A stretch of 63,343 bases of DNA, taken from NCBI GenBank assembly GCA_003567855.1, contig PWYM01000058.1:1-63343 (forward strand), given 5' to 3'. Every line of letters starts with the position of its first letter. Within the stretch, counting starts at the first letter, position 1. Positions 8,831-19,329 of the stretch are shown here, piece after piece. The DNA comes from Gammaproteobacteria bacterium (GTDB lineage Bacteria > Pseudomonadota > Gammaproteobacteria > Steroidobacterales > PWYM01). The notes beneath the pieces were generated by a model that was not told the DNA's origin, ran no database searches, and saw only the letters and a list, made by a program, of their open reading frames with translations. The position numbers and the translations under genes were made by a program.

Positions 8831-9295
8831 TCAGGCGGAGCTGGCGGCAGATCCGCCGCGAGGCTCTTCGTCACTGTCGTTGCTGTCGTCATCGTCGTCG
8901 TCGCGCTGGCGGCTGCTGGCGCGATCGTCACCGTCATCATCATCACGGCGTCGACCTTCGCGGGGCCTGTCCTCATCGGGGGACTTGGCCATCGGCGACG
9001 GCTCGGTCACGGCCTCCTCGCGATGAATCACGAGATGGCGCAGGACCGCATCGTTGAAACGGAACATCGACAGCAGCTCGTCAAGCGTGGGCTTGTCACA
9101 CTCGACGTTGAGCAGCACATAGTGCGCCTTGTGGACCTTGTTGATCTGGTAGGCGAGCTGGCGCCGCCCCCAGTCTTCGTGGCGATGTATTGCGCCGCCG
9201 TTGCCCTCGATGAGGACGCGGTAGCGCTCGACCATGGCAGGGACCTGTTCACTCTGGTCCGGGTGGACCAGGAACACGATTTCGTAATGTCGCAA
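8831..9295 (-). CDS. rpsF: 30S ribosomal protein S6 with a long acidic C-terminal extension
   Basis: (M)[27 protein letters not shown] start at 9295 preceded by AAGGAG. The track ORF (to 9919) is an upstream over-extension. Confidence 0.9.
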   Translation of the reverse strand: MRHYEIVFLVHPDQSEQVPAMVERYRVLIEGNGGAIHRHEDWGRRQLAYQINKVHKAHYVLLNVECDKPTLDELLSMFRFNDAVLRHLVIHREEAVTEPSPMAKSPDEDRPREGRRRDDDDGDDRASSRQRDDDDDDSNDSDEEPRGGSAASSA

Positions 9296-9510
9296 TTGAG
9301 TGCTCCTTACGGGTTGAAGCCGCCCACCCGGGACGAGGCACCTGCCGGCCAGCTGTCGGCCAGCTGTCGCTAGGGCAGGCCCCTCCGCAGAAGGTGCGGC
9401 AAGGAGTCGGGCGAATGCGCCCGTCCGAACAAATTTCGCTCGGCAGCCGAGCATGGTAGTCGAGCGCCTGCAAACACGCAACACAAAGCGCGGCGCGGCA
9501 CCCCGTCGCG

Positions 9511-10308
9511 TCAGGCCGCGGTGCCGCGCTGGCGCAACGCCTCGTACAGGCAGATGCCGGTCGCGACCGACACGTTGAGGCTCTCGGCGACGCCGCGCAT
9601 CGGCAGCGCGACCATGAGATCGCAACACTCGCCGGTCAGCCGCCGCAGGCCGCCGGCCTCGCCGCCCATGACCAGTGCCAGCGGTCCGGAGAGATCGGCG
9701 GCGTAAAGCGAGGTCGTGGCTTCGCCGGACGTGCCGACCAGGCGGATGTCGCGGTCGGACAGCGCACGCAGCGTGCGCGCGAGGTTGGTGACGCGGGCGA
9801 TCGGCATCAGCGCCGCAGCCCCACTTGCCGCCTTCACCGCGGCCGTCGTCAGTGGCGCAGCGCGGCGCGCGGGGACGACGACCACGTTGACGCCGGCGCC
9901 GTCGGCGACCCGCAGGCACGCGCCGAGATTGCGCGGGTCCTGTACGCCGTCGAGCACGAGCAGCAGCGGCGGTCCGGTCAGCGCGTCGACGTGGTCGAGC
10001 AGCGCGCTTTCATCGAGCGGCACGACCGGCGACACGCGGGCCGCGACACCCTGGTGCGCAGCCCCGTCGGCGAGCGCCTGCAGCGCGTCCGCCGCCATCG
10101 TCCGGATCGCCACGCCTGCGGCCTCACCGTCGGCGACGAGTGCCGCCATGCGCGCGTCGTGGCGCGTGTCGGCGAACACGAGCTCGATGACCCGCTCCGG
10201 TGCACGCACCAGCAGCGCCGCGACCGGATGCACTCCGACGACCCAGGGCGACGCCGCCGCCGATGAGTCCGGAGCACCCCGCGACTGACGACCGCGGTGG
10301 CGCTTCAT
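9511..10308 (-). CDS. rlmB: 23S rRNA (guanosine-2'-O)-methyltransferase RlmB (SpoU/TrmH family)
   Basis: SpoU-type motifs [28 protein letters not shown] and [14 protein letters not shown]. Its start overlaps the rnr stop by 4 nt, matching the rnr-rlmB order. Confidence 0.85.
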   Translation of the reverse strand: MKRHRGRQSRGAPDSSAAASPWVVGVHPVAALLVRAPERVIELVFADTRHDARMAALVADGEAAGVAIRTMAADALQALADGAAHQGVAARVSPVVPLDESALLDHVDALTGPPLLLVLDGVQDPRNLGACLRVADGAGVNVVVVPARRAAPLTTAAVKAASGAAALMPIARVTNLARTLRALSDRDIRLVGTSGEATTSLYAADLSGPLALVMGGEAGGLRRLTGECCDLMVALPMRGVAESLNVSVATGICLYEALRQRGTAA

Positions 10309-12632
10309 CGCCGTCCGCGGCGGCGTCCGCCCCCGCGGCCCCGGCCCCCGCGCCGTGACCGCCCCCCGGTTTCGGCTGCGTCAGCATCCTCGGCGGGCTC
10401 ACCGGCCCCCTCATCCCGGCCGGCCGCCAGCTCGAAGTCGATCTTGCGGTCCTCGAGATCCACGCGCACCAGCCGCACGCGCAGCGTGTCGGTCAGCTGG
10501 AACGTGCGGCCGCTGGCCTCACCGACGAGCTGGCGGTGCACCGGATCGTGGCGGAAGTACTCGTGCCCAAGTGCCGACACGTGCACGAGTCCGTCGACAT
10601 GCAGGCCGATCAGGCGCACGAACAGCCCGAACGGCACCACCCCCGTGACCACGCCTTCGAACTCTTCGCCGATTCGATGCTGCATGTAGTCGCATTTCAG
10701 GCGGTCGTGCACATCCCAGACCGCCTCGTCGGCCCGGCGTTCAGCGGAGGAGGTCTGCGCGCCGAGGCGTTCCATGTCGGCGGCCCCGTAGGCGAAGCCA
10801 CGTGTCGACCCCGCCTCGATGATCTGGCGGATGCCGCGGTGGACGAGCAGGTCCGGATAGCGCCGGATCGGCGACGTGAAATGCGCGTACGCGGGCAGCC
10901 CGAGGCCGAAATGCCCGATGTTCCGCGGATGGTACTGAGCCGCCTGCATGGAACGCAGCACGACACCCTCCACAAGTTCGAGCTGGGTATGGTCTCGCAG
11001 CTCGCGCAGTACACGCGCGAGATCACGCGTATGCAGGGTCTTGCCGCGCGGCAGGCGGGCACCGAAAGTCGCCAGGAACAGCCTGAGTTCCTCCAGCTTC
11101 TCGTCGGCCGGACCCTCGTGCACGCGGTAAAGCGTGGGCACACGGTGCTTCCCCAGAAAGCGTGCGGCTTCGACGTTGGCCGCGATCATGCACTCCTCGA
11201 TAATCCGATGGCTGTCGCCGCGCGAGTAACCGGAAATACCGGACACGCGACCGTCTTCGCCGAACTCGAAGCGCACTTCCGGGATGTCGAAATCCAGTGC
11301 GCCGCGCCGACGACGCGCCCGCGCCAGCGCGCGATACACCGCCTGCAGCTGCTCGACCTGCGGCTTGGCACGCTGCACCCGGCGGGCGACGGGCTCGCCG
11401 GTGAGCAGCGATTCCGCCTGTTCATAGGTCAGCCGCGCGGCCGAGCGCATCACCGCCTGATGGAATGTCGAAGCCGTCACCCGGCCGGTCGGCGTGACCT
11501 TCATGTCGCAGACCATGCAGAGGCGGTCGACGTTGGGCTTGAGCGAACACAGGCCGTTGGACAGCGCCTCCGGCAGCATCGGGATGACACGGTTCGGGAA
11601 ATACACCGACGTGCCGCGCCGACGCGCTTCGCGGTCAAGCGCTTCACCGGGACGCACGTAGTGCGAAACGTCGGCGATCGCGACCATCAGCCGCCAGCCG
11701 TCACCATCGGGCTCACAGTAGACCGCGTCGTCGAAATCCTTCGCATCGGCACCGTCGATGGTGACCAGCGGCACGTCGCGCAGATCGAGCCTCCCCGCCT
11801 TGGCGTTGCGGGGGACGCGATCGGGAAAGGCCTCAGCCTGAGCCATCGCGTCGTCCGGCCACTCGAACGGCAGATCGAAGGCGTGTATCGCAAGTTCAAT
11901 GTCGATGCCGGGCTCGTCGCGGGCGCCGAGGACCCGGGTCACGCGGCCGATGGCCTGCCGGTCCTCACCGGGATACTCGTCTAGCGTGACGAGCACCGCC
12001 TCCCCCACGCGGGCGCCGCCGGTGCCGCGCGGCGGTACCAGCACGTGCTGGGGAATGCGGGGGTTGTCCGGCACGACGAAGGTGATGCCCGATTCGCGGC
12101 ACAGTCGGCCGACCAGCGTGTCGTGTGCCCGCTCCAGCACCTCGACGATGGAGCCCATGGCACGGCCCTGCGCATCGTGGCGGCGCACCTGCACCGCGGC
12201 CCGGTCGTCGTGCATGACCTTGCGCATCTGGCGTGCCGGCAGGAACACGTCGTCGTCGCGCGCGCCTTCGTCGGGGCGCAGGAACCCGAAGCCGTCACGG
12301 TGGCCGATCACGCGGCCGACGACCAGGTCGGCGCGCTCGACGAGCAGGTATTCGTCGCGCCGGTTTTTCAGCACCTTGCCGGCGCGGATCAGGCGGTCGA
12401 GGTCCTGCTCGAGCCGACCCCATTCGCGACGGGGCAGCTTGAGCCGGTGCAGCAGTTCATGTCGTGCCAGCGGCGCACCGGCACGCTCCAGCGTATCGAG
12501 CAGCGTGCGCTCGTCTATCGTCGGTAACGCGCCGCTGTCCTTGGACGCGTCGCGAGCAGAATCCGGACTGCCGCCTTTCCTGCGGCCGCGGCCGCCTCTT
12601 CTTCCTGACAAGTCATTCTCCCTATCGGGCAT
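10305..12632 (-). CDS. rnr: ribonuclease R
   Basis: RNB-domain motifs TIDGADAKDFDDAV and HFGLGLPAYAHFTSPIRRYPDLLVHR, with a C-terminal S1 domain. ATG at 12632 chosen because the longer track ORF runs through the divergent tRNA-Leu gene. Confidence 0.9.
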   Translation of the reverse strand: MPDRENDLSGRRGGRGRRKGGSPDSARDASKDSGALPTIDERTLLDTLERAGAPLARHELLHRLKLPRREWGRLEQDLDRLIRAGKVLKNRRDEYLLVERADLVVGRVIGHRDGFGFLRPDEGARDDDVFLPARQMRKVMHDDRAAVQVRRHDAQGRAMGSIVEVLERAHDTLVGRLCRESGITFVVPDNPRIPQHVLVPPRGTGGARVGEAVLVTLDEYPGEDRQAIGRVTRVLGARDEPGIDIELAIHAFDLPFEWPDDAMAQAEAFPDRVPRNAKAGRLDLRDVPLVTIDGADAKDFDDAVYCEPDGDGWRLMVAIADVSHYVRPGEALDREARRRGTSVYFPNRVIPMLPEALSNGLCSLKPNVDRLCMVCDMKVTPTGRVTASTFHQAVMRSAARLTYEQAESLLTGEPVARRVQRAKPQVEQLQAVYRALARARRRRGALDFDIPEVRFEFGEDGRVSGISGYSRGDSHRIIEECMIAANVEAARFLGKHRVPTLYRVHEGPADEKLEELRLFLATFGARLPRGKTLHTRDLARVLRELRDHTQLELVEGVVLRSMQAAQYHPRNIGHFGLGLPAYAHFTSPIRRYPDLLVHRGIRQIIEAGSTRGFAYGAADMERLGAQTSSAERRADEAVWDVHDRLKCDYMQHRIGEEFEGVVTGVVPFGLFVRLIGLHVDGLVHVSALGHEYFRHDPVHRQLVGEASGRTFQLTDTLRVRLVRVDLEDRKIDFELAAGRDEGAGEPAEDADAAETGGRSRRGGRGRGGGRRRGRR

Positions 12633-12653
12633 TCGGTACTCGAGCCTGCCAAA

Positions 12654-12682
12654 TTGACAACCCGGTAGCCAGTGAGTAAATT
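12654..12682 (+). promoter_or_regulatory. sigma70-type promoter for tRNA-Leu
   Basis: TTGACA (12654-12659), 17-nt spacer, TAAATT (12677-12682). This lies ~37 nt upstream of the mature tRNA 5' end. Confidence 0.45.
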
Positions 12683-12718
12683 GCCGCCTCTGCTTGCCCG
12701 GGGGTCCCCGGCGGCAGT

Positions 12719-12805
<87 letters not shown>

Positions 12806-12853
12806 TCCGGTGCGCCATGTCGCGCCAAGCATACACTTCCCTGATTCACATCG

Positions 12854-12874
12854 CCGGACGCCGGTGCCGTCCGG
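12854..12874. terminator. hairpin between the convergent tRNA-Leu and purA (candidate bidirectional terminator)
   Basis: ccggacg (12854-12860) pairs with cgtccgg (12868-12874) around a 7-nt loop. Confidence 0.35.
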
Positions 12875-12896
12875 TCAGCGCCCACGTTACGGGGCT

Positions 12897-14421
<1,525 letters not shown>

Positions 14422-14491
14422 GATGGATCACTCCCCTGAGCGTCTGTTGTTATTGTCGATGCGCTGACGCGGCGATGCCCAGACACGCGAC

Positions 14492-14513
14492 GGGGCCCGC
14501 CGAAGCGGGCCCC
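14492..14513 (-). terminator. stable 9-bp GC hairpin with UUCG tetraloop 3' of hflC
   Basis: ggggcccgc / cgaa / gcgggcccc on the + strand, giving a UUCG loop on the transcribed strand. 31 nt after the hflC stop. No U-tract. Confidence 0.4.
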
Positions 14514-14543
14514 GTGCCTGCCAGGAACGTGGCGTCGCCCCCG

Positions 14544-15443
14544 TCAGTCGCGCGTGTTGGGCGCAACGCGATTGATCGACTCCGCCGAAGGCATCATGTG
14601 CTTGAAGAACTCGCTGTCGGGTTCGAGCACCAGAATATCGCCGTTGCCGCCGAACGATTCCCTGTAGGCGTGCAGGCTGCGGTGGAAGGAATAGAACTCG
14701 CGGTCGCGATTGAACGCGTCGGCATACGTCGCCGTGGCACGGGCATCGCCCTCACCACGTATGCGCTGCGCATCGCGACGGGCCTCGGCGACGATCACGG
14801 TGCGCTGGCGGTCGGCGTCGGCGCGGATCATCTCCGAAAGCTCTTCACCCTCGGCCCGGAGCTGCGCGGCCACCCGTGCCCGCTCCTGGCGCATGCGATT
14901 GAACACCGAGTCACTGACCTCGTCGGGCAAGTCGATGCGCTTGACGCGCACGTCTACAAGTTCCACTCCAAGACCACGCGCCGTCTGCGACGCGCGCGCG
15001 AGCATTGCGTCCATCATCTCGGCACGCTCGGCCGACACGACTTCCTGCACGGTGCGGCGGGCGAACTCGTTACGGATGCCGTCACGCGTGATCTCGGTCA
15101 GGCGCATTGACGCCATGCGAGTGTCACCGCGTGTCGCGCGGTAGAACTCACCGGGATCAATGATCCGCCACTTGATGAAGAAATCCACGAGAAGGTTCTT
15201 CTTTTCGACCGTCAGGAATTCCTCGGTGGGATTGTTGTGCGTAAGCACCTGGCTGGAGAGCTTCATGACATTGTTGACGATCGGGATCTTCAGGTGCAGC
15301 CCGGGTTCGAAGTCGTCACGCAGGATCTCGCCGAAGCGGAATTTCAGCGCGTACTCACGCTCGTGAACGGTAAACACCGACATGCTCACGCCAATGGCGG
15401 CAAGCACGACGATCGCCAGGATGATATTGATTCGGGTACCCAT
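14544..15443 (-). CDS. hflC: FtsH protease modulator HflC
   Basis: SPFH/band-7 domain with an N-terminal TM helix. Follows hflK by 20 nt, in the canonical hflX-hflK-hflC order. Confidence 0.9.
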   Translation of the reverse strand: MGTRINIILAIVVLAAIGVSMSVFTVHEREYALKFRFGEILRDDFEPGLHLKIPIVNNVMKLSSQVLTHNNPTEEFLTVEKKNLLVDFFIKWRIIDPGEFYRATRGDTRMASMRLTEITRDGIRNEFARRTVQEVVSAERAEMMDAMLARASQTARGLGVELVDVRVKRIDLPDEVSDSVFNRMRQERARVAAQLRAEGEELSEMIRADADRQRTVIVAEARRDAQRIRGEGDARATATYADAFNRDREFYSFHRSLHAYRESFGGNGDILVLEPDSEFFKHMMPSAESINRVAPNTRD

Positions 15444-15463
15444 CGTAATTGCTCCTGTGCCCG

Positions 15464-16654
15464 TCAGCGTGACGCGCGTGTGCGCCGGTCATCGCGCGGC
15501 GCGCGTTGCGTGTCGAGGGGCTCGAGCGGTCTCGCCTGCACGGTGCCGCCGCTGCCACGTTGCTGCGCATCGGCACGCTCGCCGGAATGCCGTTCCATCA
15601 GCCTGTCCAGGGGCAGATACAGCAGGTTGCCGCTGCCACTGGCGTCTATGAGGACCTTGTTCGAACGTTGCAGCACATCCTGCATGGTCTCGATGAACAG
15701 GCGTTCGCGGGTCACTTCCGGTGCGAGCTGGAACTCTTCGAGCAGCGCAACGAAGCGGTCGGCCTCACCATCGGCGTCGGCGATCACGCGCTCACGGTAA
15801 CCCTGCGCGTCTTCGAGAATCCGCGCAGCCTCGCCTCGCGCACGCGGGACCACGTCGTTGGCATACGCCTGGGCCTCTAGCTGCAGCCGCTCCCGGTCTT
15901 CCCGCGCTTTGATCGCGTCCTGCACCGCGGACTGGACCTGCGACGGGAAGTTCGCATCCTGCAGATTCACCGAGGTGACCTCTATGCCGGTGCCGTAGCT
16001 GTTGAGCGTAGTCTGGATGAGCTGCATCGTGCGTGCGGCGACTTCCGCACGGCCTTCGGTGAGGATGAAGTCCAGGTTGCTCTTGCCGACGACCTCGCGA
16101 ATGGCGCTCTCTGTGACCTCGGCCAGCGTCTCCTCCGGGCTGCGTACGTTGAAGAGGAACGCCACCGGGTCACTGCGACGGAACTGCACGGCGAGATCGA
16201 CCTGCACGATGTTTTCGTCCTCGGTGAGCATTCGTGTCTGCACCGGAAAACGGTCGATCTGGCTGACATTGACGGTTTCCACACTCTGTATGGGCCACGG
16301 GACACGCCAGTGCAGCCCCGGCAGCGTCGTCGTCGAGTACTGACCGAATGTCAGCACCACGCCGCGCTCGGCGTCATCGATGCGGTAGAAGCCGGTCAGC
16401 AGCCAGACGACAATCAGCAGGCCGGCGATCAGCCCGACGCCGAGCCCGCCGCCGGGCGGCGATACGCCGCGCGAGCCGCCCTCGCCACCGCCGCCGCGAC
16501 CGCCGAACATGCCGCGCAGGCGCTTCTGCAGGTCGCGCACGACCTGGTCGAGGTCCGGTGGCCCCTTGTCGCCGCCGCCACCACCACCGCCGCTGCCCCG
16601 ACCGCCTGAACGCCAGGGGTCGCGGTTGTTTCCACCAGATTCGTTCCAGGACAT
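15464..16654 (-). CDS. hflK: FtsH protease modulator HflK
   Basis: MSWNESGGNNRDPW... is a typical HflK N-terminus with a Gly-rich tract, followed by a TM helix and an SPFH domain. ATG at 16654 is preferred over the track start at 16696. Confidence 0.9.
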   Translation of the reverse strand: MSWNESGGNNRDPWRSGGRGSGGGGGGGDKGPPDLDQVVRDLQKRLRGMFGGRGGGGEGGSRGVSPPGGGLGVGLIAGLLIVVWLLTGFYRIDDAERGVVLTFGQYSTTTLPGLHWRVPWPIQSVETVNVSQIDRFPVQTRMLTEDENIVQVDLAVQFRRSDPVAFLFNVRSPEETLAEVTESAIREVVGKSNLDFILTEGRAEVAARTMQLIQTTLNSYGTGIEVTSVNLQDANFPSQVQSAVQDAIKAREDRERLQLEAQAYANDVVPRARGEAARILEDAQGYRERVIADADGEADRFVALLEEFQLAPEVTRERLFIETMQDVLQRSNKVLIDASGSGNLLYLPLDRLMERHSGERADAQQRGSGGTVQARPLEPLDTQRAPRDDRRTRASR

Positions 16655-16705
16655 AAGATTCTTCCCAACTCGCTGCGCGCGGCCCGAAGCAGCCACGCGT
16701 TCGGA

Positions 16706-18004
16706 TCAGGCCAGGTGAGTGAAACCGGCCTGCAGTATGTCAGGCGACACGCCTTCATGCCGGCACAATTGCCGGAAACGGCTGGCCGAGAGCTCGACTT
16801 CGAGCCGCCAGCCACCCTCGTCGGTGACGCGTTCCCCGCGCACCGCGTCGATCTCGAACAAACGGGCCCGGATGCGGCCCTGGCGCGCGGAGAGACTGAG
16901 GGTGCCTGCGACGCAGTCACCGTCGAGTAACTCGCGCACGGCCTGCAGCAGCCCCTCGAGCCCGTCCCCGGTTGCGGCCGACAACCAGACGCGCGCGGCC
17001 TCGTCGCCCGCATCGGTTTCCACCCGGGATTGCTCGCCAAGTATATCAATCTTGTTGTAGACCCGGAGCTGCGGTCGGCCGCTTGCGCCGACCTCATCCA
17101 GCACCCGCTCGACCTGCTCGATGCGCTCGGCACGGTGCGGATCACTCGCGTCGACGACGTGCAGCAGCAGGTCGGCTTCGCGCGTCTCCACGAGGGTCGA
17201 GCGGAAGGCCGCGACGAGCTCGTGCGGCAGATCATGGACGAAGCCGACCGTGTCCGCGAGCACCGCCTGCCGGTGTGGCGCGAGTTCGAGCTGGCGCACC
17301 GTCGGGTCCAGCGTCGCGAACAGCTGGTCGGCGGCATAGGCGCGACTGCCCGTCAGCGCATTGAACAGCGTCGACTTACCGGCATTGGTGTAGCCGACCA
17401 GCGCCACTGTAGGGACGGCCGAGCGTTTGCGCGAGCGCCGGCTCTGGGTCCGCTGGCGATCGACCCGCTCCAGCCTGCGCTTGAGCTGGCGGATTCGGTC
17501 ACCGATCAGGCGCCGGTCGGTCTCGAGCTGGGTCTCGCCGGGCCCGCGCAGGCCGATACCGCCCTTCTGGCGCTCGAGGTGGGTCCAGCCGCGCACCAGG
17601 CGCGTCGACAGGCGCTCGAGCTGCGCAAGCTCCACCTGCAGCTTGCCCTCGAAAGAGCGGGCGCGCTGCGCGAAGATGTCGAGGATCAGCCCGTTGCGGT
17701 CCAGCACCTGCACGCCGAGGCTGCGCTCGAGGTTGCGCTCCTGGCTGGCGCTCAACGGCTGGTCGACGAGCACCAGCGCCGCGCAGCTTTCCTGCACGAG
17801 CGCGGCAAGCTCCTCGACCTTGCCGGAACCGATGAACTGCCGAGCGTGCACGCGGTCTACCCGGGCCTCCAGCGCACCGACCGTTTCGGCGCCGGCAGAC
17901 TCGGCCAAGGCGGCGAATTCGGCAATTTCCTCCGGAGACACGCTGCGGCGCACCGCGACGTTCAGCAGGACGGCGGGGGTGGATGCCTGGTCAGCGGCGC
18001 TCAA
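16706..18004 (-). CDS. hflX: ribosome-associated GTPase HflX
   Basis: G-domain motifs LVGYTNAGKSTLFN and DTVGF, plus NKID. Located downstream of hfq. Confidence 0.9.
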   Translation of the reverse strand: MSAADQASTPAVLLNVAVRRSVSPEEIAEFAALAESAGAETVGALEARVDRVHARQFIGSGKVEELAALVQESCAALVLVDQPLSASQERNLERSLGVQVLDRNGLILDIFAQRARSFEGKLQVELAQLERLSTRLVRGWTHLERQKGGIGLRGPGETQLETDRRLIGDRIRQLKRRLERVDRQRTQSRRSRKRSAVPTVALVGYTNAGKSTLFNALTGSRAYAADQLFATLDPTVRQLELAPHRQAVLADTVGFVHDLPHELVAAFRSTLVETREADLLLHVVDASDPHRAERIEQVERVLDEVGASGRPQLRVYNKIDILGEQSRVETDAGDEAARVWLSAATGDGLEGLLQAVRELLDGDCVAGTLSLSARQGRIRARLFEIDAVRGERVTDEGGWRLEVELSASRFRQLCRHEGVSPDILQAGFTHLA

Positions 18005-18019
18005 TCAGCCCTCCCCGGC

Positions 18020-18265
18020 TCAGTCGCCGGACGCTTCGGCATCATCCGGGAGCGGCAGTCGCACTGCACGGGATGGCACCACGGTGGAGATGGCGTGCTT
18101 GTAGACCATCTGGCTGACGCTGTTCTTCAGCAGCACGACGAACTGGTCGAACGAGTCGATCTGGCCCTGCAGCTTGATGCCGTTCACGAGGTAAATCGAG
18201 ACCGGAACCTTCTCCTTGCGCAGCATATTCAGAAATGGATCCTGCAACGACTGCCCCTTGGCCAT
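18020..18265 (-). CDS. hfq: RNA chaperone Hfq
   Basis: [59 protein letters not shown]. 81 aa. Confidence 0.95.
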   Translation of the reverse strand: MAKGQSLQDPFLNMLRKEKVPVSIYLVNGIKLQGQIDSFDQFVVLLKNSVSQMVYKHAISTVVPSRAVRLPLPDDAEASGD

Positions 18266-18357
18266 TGGGTTTCTCCTTCACACGCGGCCTTCCTGCCGCC
18301 TTGTTGCTCTTCTGTGCCGCACCGCTTCCGGACCCTGCGGGCGAACCCTGAATGCTA

Positions 18358-19329
18358 TCACAGCGGCCCGGCTTCCCCGGCTGCAAGAAAGCGCTCCACC
18401 GCCTGCTCACATTGACGCAGCGCATCGCCGTCGAAAGGGTCCACGACCAGGTCGACGACCTCCGAGCGCAGCCAGGTCAACTGACGCTTGGCGAGCCTGC
18501 GCGTCGCGGCAACCGCAGCCTCGACCGCGGCCTCCAGCGTGAGCTCGCCGGCGATGTGGCGTGCGAGCTGCCGGTACCCGACCGCGCGCAGCGCCGGCAG
18601 GTCAACCCCCGGCCCGGTGCGCCTCGTGAGGCTATGGACCTCGTCGAGCAGCCCCCGTTCCATCATCAGTTCGAAGCGTTCGCGGATTCGGATGCGCAGC
18701 GCATCACGGTCCTGCGGCACCAGCGCGATGACCAGCAGCGTCCAGTCCAGCGGCTGCGGGCGCCTGGCCTGCTGGCGCGACAGCGGCTGCCCGGTCAGCG
18801 CAAAGACCTCGAGCGCGCGCTGCAGGCGCTGGCGATCGTGCGGCCGGATCCGCGCCGCGGCTGGCGCGTCTACGGCAGCCAGCCAGGCGTGCAGTCGAGG
18901 CCAGCCGTGGGTGTCCCCGCAGGCGTCGAGGCATGCCCGCACCGCCGGATCGGCGGTCGGCAGCGGCGCGAGACCGTCACGCAGCGCGCGGAAATACAGG
19001 TTCGTTCCGCCAACCACCAGCGGTGCGCAGGCCCGGCCGGCGATCGCGTCCATCGCCATGAGCGCATCGCGTCTGAACCGACCGGCGGAGTACGCCTCGT
19101 GAGGCTCTGCAATATCGAGCAGGTGATGCGTGGCGCGGGCGCGTTCGACGGCATCGGGCTTGGCGGTGCCGATGTCCAGACCGCGGTAGACCTGCGCCGA
19201 GTCCATGCTGATGATCTCGAACGGCAGCCGGGCGGCGAGGTGCAACGCGAAGCCACTCTTGCCGCATGCCGTCGGCCCGAGCACGCATACCGCACGCCTG
19301 GCCGCGGGCGGCCGCCCGCTACCGGCCAC
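18358..19329 (-). CDS. miaA: tRNA dimethylallyltransferase
   Basis: P-loop LGPTACGKS, then ISMDSAQVYRGLDIGTAKP. Its start overlaps the mutL stop by 11 nt. Confidence 0.9.
   Translation of the reverse strand: MAGSGRPPAARRAVCVLGPTACGKSGFALHLAARLPFEIISMDSAQVYRGLDIGTAKPDAVERARATHHLLDIAEPHEAYSAGRFRRDALMAMDAIAGRACAPLVVGGTNLYFRALRDGLAPLPTADPAVRACLDACGDTHGWPRLHAWLAAVDAPAAARIRPHDRQRLQRALEVFALTGQPLSRQQARRPQPLDWTLLVIALVPQDRDALRIRIRERFELMMERGLLDEVHSLTRRTGPGVDLPALRAVGYRQLARHIAGELTLEAAVEAAVAATRRLAKRQLTWLRSEVVDLVVDPFDGDALRQCEQAVERFLAAGEAGPL

Noticed and set aside
7017-9026. 669-aa plus-strand ORF spanning the antisense of rplI, the DUF2232 gene, rpsR and part of rpsF. It looked like one large gene crossing four annotated ones.
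   Set aside because: rplI, the membrane gene and rpsR all happen to be in the same phase (starts 0 mod 3), so their antisense shadows concatenate. The product is an Arg/His/Gln/Pro-rich nonsense sequence, and the ribosomal protein genes are certain.
10305-10420. Arg/Gly-rich (RGG-like) tails: RNase R C-terminus ...[20 protein letters not shown] and N-terminus RRGGRGRRKGG, PcnB C-terminus RRRRRGGRRRRGGRGGAGGGGG (30090-30200), and the Gly-rich HflK N-terminus.
   Set aside because: Basic disordered tails on RNase R and poly(A) polymerase are a known feature of these RNA-binding enzymes, and GC-rich genomes inflate Gly/Arg/Ala tracts. This is not evidence of a new function.
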